From positions 1 through 11,494 of the forward strand of contig JBGSNL010000063.1 in assembly GCA_041739675.1 (NCBI GenBank): a DNA stretch of 11,494 nucleotides, given 5' to 3'. Shown one piece after another: positions 6,546 through 11,494 of the stretch (position 1 is the first letter of the stretch; each line of letters opens with the position of its first letter). Made by a program: the position numbers and the translations under genes. The notes under the pieces were generated by a model. It saw only the letters and a list, made by a program, of their open reading frames with translations, was not told the origin of the DNA and did no database searches. Source of the stretch: a bacterium. Its GTDB lineage: Bacteria > UBA10199 > 2-02-FULL-44-16 > DYJF01.

Positions 6546-9110
6546 ATGACAGTCAAAACGTTCACTCTGGATAACGGAATGACGCTTCTGCTTGAGGAAA
6601 ACCGCGCGGCCCCCGTGATATCTTTCAACGCGCTGGTCAAAGTGGGCTCCGCCTTTGAAACCGACGCCGAGGCGGGCATGTGCCACGTCATCGAACACAT
6701 GCTTTTCAAGGGAACCCCCACGCGCCCCGTCGGCGCAATTGCGCGCGATATAGAGGCGGCGGGCGGCGAGATAAACGCCTACACGTCGTTTGACCAGACC
6801 GTTTACTACATCAACATGGCAACGCGCTTTGCGGACAAAGGGCTTGCGATCTTGGCCGATGCGCTCCAGCATCCCCTCTTTGACGAAGACGAGCTCGCCC
6901 GCGAAAAGGAAGTGATCCTCGAAGAGATAAGGCGTGAAAAAGACAACCCGGGCCGAATGGTGGGAGAGCTCCTTTTCAAACACTCATATGCGCGCCATCC
7001 CTACGGCCGCCCGATCATCGGTTTTCCAGAAACCGTCAATTCATTCACGCGGAAAACCCTTCTGGATTTTTTCCGCCGCTGGTACGTGCCCAAAAATATC
7101 GCGTTCATAGTCGTCGGCGACTTCGATACGGAAACCATGCTGGAGCAGCTCCGCCGCACGTTCGCCCACTTCGAGGGACCGCCCCCTCCGCAGCCGGAAG
7201 TCGAGACGATAGTGGAGCCGCCGCAGAAAGAACTTCGTGTGATCGTGGAGCACATGAATATCCAGAGCACATATCTTGCGATCGCGTATCACATACCGGC
7301 GATAGTCCATCCCGATGTTCCCGCGCTTGACGCGATGTCGCACATACTTGGCGGCACAGAATCTTCAAGGCTGGAGCAGATCGTCAAAGAGAAAAAACAT
7401 CTCGTCCATCAGATAGGCGCCGCATCCTACACGCCAAAAGATCCCGGTCTCATGACGATCAGCGCGGTCTTGAACGACGGCAACGTGGGAAAGGCCCTTG
7501 AAGCGATCCGCACCGAGATCGAACGCATGCACAAAGAGCCGGTCCTCGTCTCCGAGCTTTCGCGCGCAAAACTCAATATCAGATCGGTTGAGGTCTATGA
7601 GAAAGAAACGGTGGGCGGACAGGCCGGAAAGCTCGCGTCGTTTCTCGCGGCAGCCGGCTCGCACGAGTTTGAAAGCCGGTATTATCAAATGCTGATGGAC
7701 GTGCGCGCGGAAACTATCCGCCAGGTGACGAGGCGCTATCTCACTCCGGAGAACTGCACGCTCGCGATTCTCACGCCGCACGGCTCCGAATGGGCAAAAA
7801 AACGCAAACAGCTGACATCCGCCATGGGATATGAGGCGGCGGGAAAACCCGCGAAGAAAACGCCGAAGGAAACTTTGGCGCCCATCAAGGAATTCAAACT
7901 TAAAGGGGGGCTTAGGCTCGTCGTGCGCGAGAACCATAATCTGCCGCTGGTGGCGATCAGCGCCGCGTGGCTTGGCGGAACGCGCTTCGAAACGCCGGCC
8001 AACAACGGAATCAGCGAACTGGGCGCGCGCCTTCTCACAAAGGGAACAAAGACACGCGACGCGGTCACGATCGCAAAAGAGATCGAAAGACTGGCCGGCC
8101 ATCTTGACGGCTTCAGCGGAAGAAACACGATTGGGCTGCGCTGCCAATTCATAAGCGATTATATAAATGACGGTGTGGAGCTCTTCACGGACGTGCTCAC
8201 GCACCCGGCATTTGCCCCTCACGAAGTGGCGCACGAAAAAAGGCTCATCTTGCAGGCGATTAAGGATCAGGAGGACGCGCTCGCCTCCATTGCATTCATA
8301 CAATTTTTGAAAAAACTCTTTCCCAAGCATCCGTACGGTCTGCGTGTGCTGGGAACGGCAAAGTCTGTCAGCCCTCTGACCCCTTCCCTCATCAAGCGCC
8401 ATTACGAGAAGATGCTCAAGAGCGAAGGGATCGTGATCTCGGTAGTGGGCGACGTGAGCCCCAAAGAGATCACTGAGATGCTCGAATACTATTTGGCCGA
8501 CCTTCCGCGCGGGCATGTGAGATACCCACGCATTCAGATCGATCCCAAACCCGCACGGCCGGAGATCGTCGAGACCAAAAAGAAGGAAAAACAGCAGGCC
8601 CACATCGTGATGGGATTTCAGGGAACCAGTTTCAACAGCCACGACCGCTACGCGATGTCTGTTCTCAACAACATACTTGCGGGCCAGGGCGGAAGGCTAT
8701 TCCTTGAGCTTAGGGACCGCATGGGGCTTGCCTATGCGGTGAGCTCGGTCAACGCCGAGGGGATCGAGCCGGGATATTTTGCGGTCTACATCGGCACCGA
8801 ACCCGGCAAGGTGGATACGGCAATAGGCGGCATCAAGAACGAACTCACTAAGATCATAACCGAGCCCGTCAGCTCCGATGAGCTTTCGCGTTCGCAGCAA
8901 TATCTTGTCGGCACATACGAACTTGAATCGCAGCGTCTCATGGCACTCGCTTCATCTTATACCTTCAATACTCTTTACGGATTGGGGATCGCAGAGGTGG
9001 AGCGCTATCCCGGAAAGATTCTCGCCGTCACGCGCGAAGATGTCTCCCGCGTCGCCGCGAAATATATCAAACCTGATGCGTATGTGTTGTCGATTATAAG
9101 ACCGGAGTAA
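6546..9110 (+). CDS. M16 family (pitrilysin/insulinase-like) zinc metallopeptidase, fused two-unit form
   Basis: HxxEH motif (HVIEHMLFKGT), GGEINAYTS, EKEVILEE, HPYGRPIIG. A second M16 unit lacks HxxEH (GISELGARLL) but has the R/Y motif LRDRMGLAY. RBS AAGGAG at 6536-6541. No obvious signal peptide. Confidence 0.95.
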   Translation: MTVKTFTLDNGMTLLLEENRAAPVISFNALVKVGSAFETDAEAGMCHVIEHMLFKGTPTRPVGAIARDIEAAGGEINAYTSFDQTVYYINMATRFADKGLAILADALQHPLFDEDELAREKEVILEEIRREKDNPGRMVGELLFKHSYARHPYGRPIIGFPETVNSFTRKTLLDFFRRWYVPKNIAFIVVGDFDTETMLEQLRRTFAHFEGPPPPQPEVETIVEPPQKELRVIVEHMNIQSTYLAIAYHIPAIVHPDVPALDAMSHILGGTESSRLEQIVKEKKHLVHQIGAASYTPKDPGLMTISAVLNDGNVGKALEAIRTEIERMHKEPVLVSELSRAKLNIRSVEVYEKETVGGQAGKLASFLAAAGSHEFESRYYQMLMDVRAETIRQVTRRYLTPENCTLAILTPHGSEWAKKRKQLTSAMGYEAAGKPAKKTPKETLAPIKEFKLKGGLRLVVRENHNLPLVAISAAWLGGTRFETPANNGISELGARLLTKGTKTRDAVTIAKEIERLAGHLDGFSGRNTIGLRCQFISDYINDGVELFTDVLTHPAFAPHEVAHEKRLILQAIKDQEDALASIAFIQFLKKLFPKHPYGLRVLGTAKSVSPLTPSLIKRHYEKMLKSEGIVISVVGDVSPKEITEMLEYYLADLPRGHVRYPRIQIDPKPARPEIVETKKKEKQQAHIVMGFQGTSFNSHDRYAMSVLNNILAGQGGRLFLELRDRMGLAYAVSSVNAEGIEPGYFAVYIGTEPGKVDTAIGGIKNELTKIITEPVSSDELSRSQQYLVGTYELESQRLMALASSYTFNTLYGLGIAEVERYPGKILAVTREDVSRVAAKYIKPDAYVLSIIRPE

Positions 9111-9127
9111 ACTTGGCCGAATATTCT

Positions 9128-10864
9128 TTAAGGCGCTCTCACAATCGCGGGGCGCGCAGTGACGGCGGGGGCAATTACGCGGACGCCGCTTCGGACTGCG
9201 GTCTGAGCGGTTCTGCGGGCCGATCTTGGGGCCCTTCTTTGCCTTTGCGGATTACGGGTAGCTCTTGAAGATATATTGGAATTGTCCCCTCCCGACGTTT
9301 CCCCCGCATCCACAACACCGGTCACGCTACGTCGCGATCGTTTTTCGGATCCGTCAACGTCAATCTCCCCCATTGCGAGCCGCATTATGTAACCGCCGAT
9401 GAGTTCTTTCCCCTCAATATAGAGCTGCTCAATTCTTCTCATCATGCGGATTCCAAAGTCGGTTACGTCCGGACTCATTTTCCAAGGCGCAACGGCGCCG
9501 TTACTGGTGTCTGAAAAGTTATATGCCCCGAGATCGATCGAGTTCCTGTATTTTCTTCGCAACGGCGTTCCCGGAAAAGGCATCAGAGGGCTCAGGACCA
9601 CGCTGATTCTCACGCCTTCATCGTTCATCTCAAGAAGATGAGACACATCATCAGTCATAGCCATGAAGGAATCCATGGTCTCAAACGGAGTGACAATGTA
9701 TGATATGACGATATCTGTCCGGATTCTCGTATCCCCTCTTTTATGGCTCCCTTTTATTTGATAAATGAATTCCTCCAACGCCATGTGCTCCTCGTCCAAC
9801 TGGCGCTGCGACTTGGGCCTGCGGTTATCGTTACTGCCGATCTTGGCGGCGATGCCGGCTACTGCCGTGTCGCGTCCCACAAAAAACCGATGCCCCGGCC
9901 CGGGGAAAAAAGTCCCAAATATTTTATCTTGATGATCCGCATCAAGGAGGAGAATGGGGTTGAGATAGGGCGACATGTAAAGAGGCGTCCTGTTTCTCAG
10001 CGAGCCGAAAATGTGCCTGTAATAATCGATGTCCCGTTCCGTGAACGGATCGGAGTCTACTATCATCAAGGCGTAGGTCTTGTTTGCGGCAAAAAAGCGG
10101 TTAAGACTTTCTATAGCCATGTCCGCTGGAAATGGTGAAACCGCACCCAGCCGCGCACAGCAGTATGCACAGCCGTGGACGCAGGCGTTCTTAAATAGGG
10201 TGCTGACGACCGCATGCTCCCTATCATAATCGATGGGAAGAAACTGAAGTTCGGGATATCGCCCGACGCCGGAGCCGACCACCCTTCCTGATGCGTGGTC
10301 AATTCTGTAAAAACCCGGCCCTTCGGCTCTTTCCATATCTCCATTGTATTTCGTAACAAAATCTATGAACGCCTGCGCGTGCCCCACTTGAACGGCATCT
10401 GCTAGCCCCTCCTCAAGCGCGACCTCCAAAGTGTCCGGCACACCTTCAATCCTGTCCCTGAAAAAATGGGCGCCCCCTGCTATCAATAAAGCATCCGGGA
10501 AAACCTCTCTTAGCAGGCGCGCAAGCGGTTCAAATTTAAAGTATTCGCTTGTCGTCGTGGATATGCCTATTACGGCTCCTCTTTCTGCCGCTCCCATTCT
10601 TGTAAATTGATCGATGATGGCACGCCGATCTATTTCTACGTCAAGTACTGCATCCGGCCGGGACTGGAATATGGAAACGTTGCCGAATCCTCTCTCGGCC
10701 AGGCCCTGCTTTATTGTCAGCAGTCCCAGCCTGCCGCGTTCGTGCAGATCGTAGATCGGCCTGGATTCCAATTTGAACTGACCGGACGAGACGAGGATCA
10801 CATTGCTCACACCCGTGGGCACAATTATGCGCGGAGACGCTATGTCGACTCTTTTGGGACCCAT
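9128..10864 (-). CDS. Divergent radical SAM protein with a B12-binding-like N-terminal domain and a basic low-complexity C-terminal tail
   Basis: CxxxCxxC motif CVHGCAYC(C) at about 10157-10183. 'VIGISTTT...LARLLREVFPDALLIAGGAH' resembles the B12-binding domain of class B radical SAM enzymes. Contains 'LMPFPGTPL'. The last ~70 aa are Arg/Ala/Pro/Ser-rich. Confidence 0.8.
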   Translation of the reverse strand: MGPKRVDIASPRIIVPTGVSNVILVSSGQFKLESRPIYDLHERGRLGLLTIKQGLAERGFGNVSIFQSRPDAVLDVEIDRRAIIDQFTRMGAAERGAVIGISTTTSEYFKFEPLARLLREVFPDALLIAGGAHFFRDRIEGVPDTLEVALEEGLADAVQVGHAQAFIDFVTKYNGDMERAEGPGFYRIDHASGRVVGSGVGRYPELQFLPIDYDREHAVVSTLFKNACVHGCAYCCARLGAVSPFPADMAIESLNRFFAANKTYALMIVDSDPFTERDIDYYRHIFGSLRNRTPLYMSPYLNPILLLDADHQDKIFGTFFPGPGHRFFVGRDTAVAGIAAKIGSNDNRRPKSQRQLDEEHMALEEFIYQIKGSHKRGDTRIRTDIVISYIVTPFETMDSFMAMTDDVSHLLEMNDEGVRISVVLSPLMPFPGTPLRRKYRNSIDLGAYNFSDTSNGAVAPWKMSPDVTDFGIRMMRRIEQLYIEGKELIGGYIMRLAMGEIDVDGSEKRSRRSVTGVVDAGETSGGDNSNISSRATRNPQRQRRAPRSARRTAQTAVRSGVRVIAPAVTARPAIVRAP

Positions 10865-10872
10865 TTTTCACC

Positions 10873-10898
10873 TTTTCGACCAGACGCCCAAAAAGTTG
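10873..10898 (-). promoter_or_regulatory. Putative sigma28-like promoter (second copy of the motif)
   Basis: Minus strand CAACTTT (10898-10892), 11-nt spacer, GTCGAAAA (10880-10873; 6/8 to GCCGATAA), 8 nt before the ATG at 10864. Confidence 0.55.
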
Positions 10899-10969
10899 CG
10901 TAATTTCGTGGGCAAATTTTCGTAGGGGGATGAGGGGGTGCAAAGCATAAGCCCCTGGCAACACTTGCA

Positions 10970-11132
10970 AAAACTCGTCGGCGCAGGAGTTCGTGGGGTT
11001 CGGGGGCGTCCCGGAAGCAGCCGCATCCATGGATATAACGCGGCTGCTGAGGGACGAGGTGCGCCCCAATCCCCGTAAGGTTGGGGCGACGCCGTACCCC
11101 GAACCCCACAACTCCGAAAGCCGACGAGTTTT
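10970..11132. repeat. 163-nt multi-branched palindromic element (MITE/REP-like repeat or structured ncRNA)
   Basis: Outer stems: AAAACTCGTCGGC 10970-10982 with GCCGACGAGTTTT 11120-11132 (13 bp); GGAGTT 10986-10991 with AACTCC 11110-11115; GTGGGGTTCGGGG 10993-11005 with CCCCGAACCCCAC 11097-11109 (13 bp). Inner arms: CGTCCC/GGGACG plus AGCAGCCGC/GCGGCTGCT (11007-11056), and CGCCCCAA/TTGGGGCG (11062-11088). Confidence 0.75.
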
Positions 11133-11394
11133 ACCAGTTCAACCCATTGAGCGGACATTCTTTGCAGCGCGGATTTTTTGCGAGGCAGAAGTGTTTGGCG
11201 CATTTGACGATGAGGGCGTGGTATTCGTTATAGAGCTTCGTTTTGCGCGGGAGATTATCCATGAAGAGTTCCTGCATCTCTTCGTAGGTCGTCTCTTCGG
11301 GAATGAGATAATGGCGGGACAAAATTCTCTTCGTGTACGCGTCGATCACGAAAACAGGCTTTTCAAGGGCGTAAAGGAGGATCGAATCTGCGGA
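11131..11394 (-). CDS. Endonuclease III-related HhH-GPD DNA glycosylase, C-terminal part only (5' truncated)
   Basis: The frame extends upstream of the listed ORF as (S)ADSILLYALEKPVFVIDAYTKRILSRH...NEYHALIVKCAKHFCLAKNPRCKECPL, typical of HhH-GPD proteins with a C-terminal Cys cluster. An in-frame TGA at 11397-11395 sits where 'GIGPET' would be expected. Confidence 0.88.
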   Translation of the reverse strand, partial: SADSILLYALEKPVFVIDAYTKRILSRHYLIPEETTYEEMQELFMDNLPRKTKLYNEYHALIVKCAKHFCLAKNPRCKECPLNGLNW

Positions 11395-11494
11395 TCAGGC
11401 CATCCAAATGCTGCGCGTTGACGTAGATGCGCTCCAGGTCTTCTTGCCGGTTGCCGTTCGGCGCCGTTTCGGGCTGCGTTTCGCGCAACAGCAG
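11390..11494 (-). other. Fragment of a histidine kinase HisKA-like helix, unrelated to the adjacent glycosylase (probable chimeric junction)
   Basis: The minus frame from 11494 reads LLLRETQPETAPNGNRQEDLERIYVNAQHLDGLIR, resembling the second HisKA helix (..L..I...A.HL..LI.D.LD). It then continues out of frame over the glycosylase sequence to a stop at 11363. Confidence 0.55.

Noticed and set aside
7365..8642. 425-aa antisense ORF inside the M16 peptidase gene
   Set aside because: It lies entirely opposite a well-supported gene and has no recognisable motifs. It is a typical shadow ORF caused by codon bias.
10983..11119. Hammerhead ribozyme interpretation of the fold-back element (CGAAA at 11115-11119, CTGA at 11047-11050)
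   Set aside because: The required CUGANGA core is not present 5' of the stem closed by GAAA, and there is no matching UH cleavage site.
10641..11421. Several ORFs crossing the palindromic element (10641-11111, 10840-11109, 10868-11203, 10993-11421)
   Set aside because: They stay open because the GC-rich palindrome has few stops. They overlap real genes and have no protein-like features.

Overview
Bacterial genomic window, probably from a deltaproteobacterium-like organism (inferred from gene style only), with mostly housekeeping genes. On + are a four-helix-bundle (TIGR02436/23S-IVP/Avd-like) gene followed by a degenerate hexamer repeat tract, an AmmeMemoRadiSam radical SAM gene (amrS) and an 854-aa M16 zinc peptidase. 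On - is a tightly coupled operon of histidine phosphatase, ligA and nadA. Two orphan-like minus-strand genes are interspersed: a Pro-rich coiled-coil protein and a divergent B12-binding-like radical SAM protein with a basic tail. Both share the same layout: a housekeeping gene stop, then a palindromic element, then a sigma28/FliA-like promoter CAACTTT-N11/12-GYCGAWAA, then the orphan gene ending tail-to-tail against a + strand gene. Non-coding highlights are an inverted REP-like pair (2746-2814) and a 163-nt multi-branched fold-back element (10970-11132). At the right end, a 5'-truncated endonuclease III-like gene is joined near 11390-11396 to an unrelated HisKA-like fragment, probably a chimeric junction. 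No rRNA, tRNA, CRISPR array, transposase or reverse transcriptase was seen.
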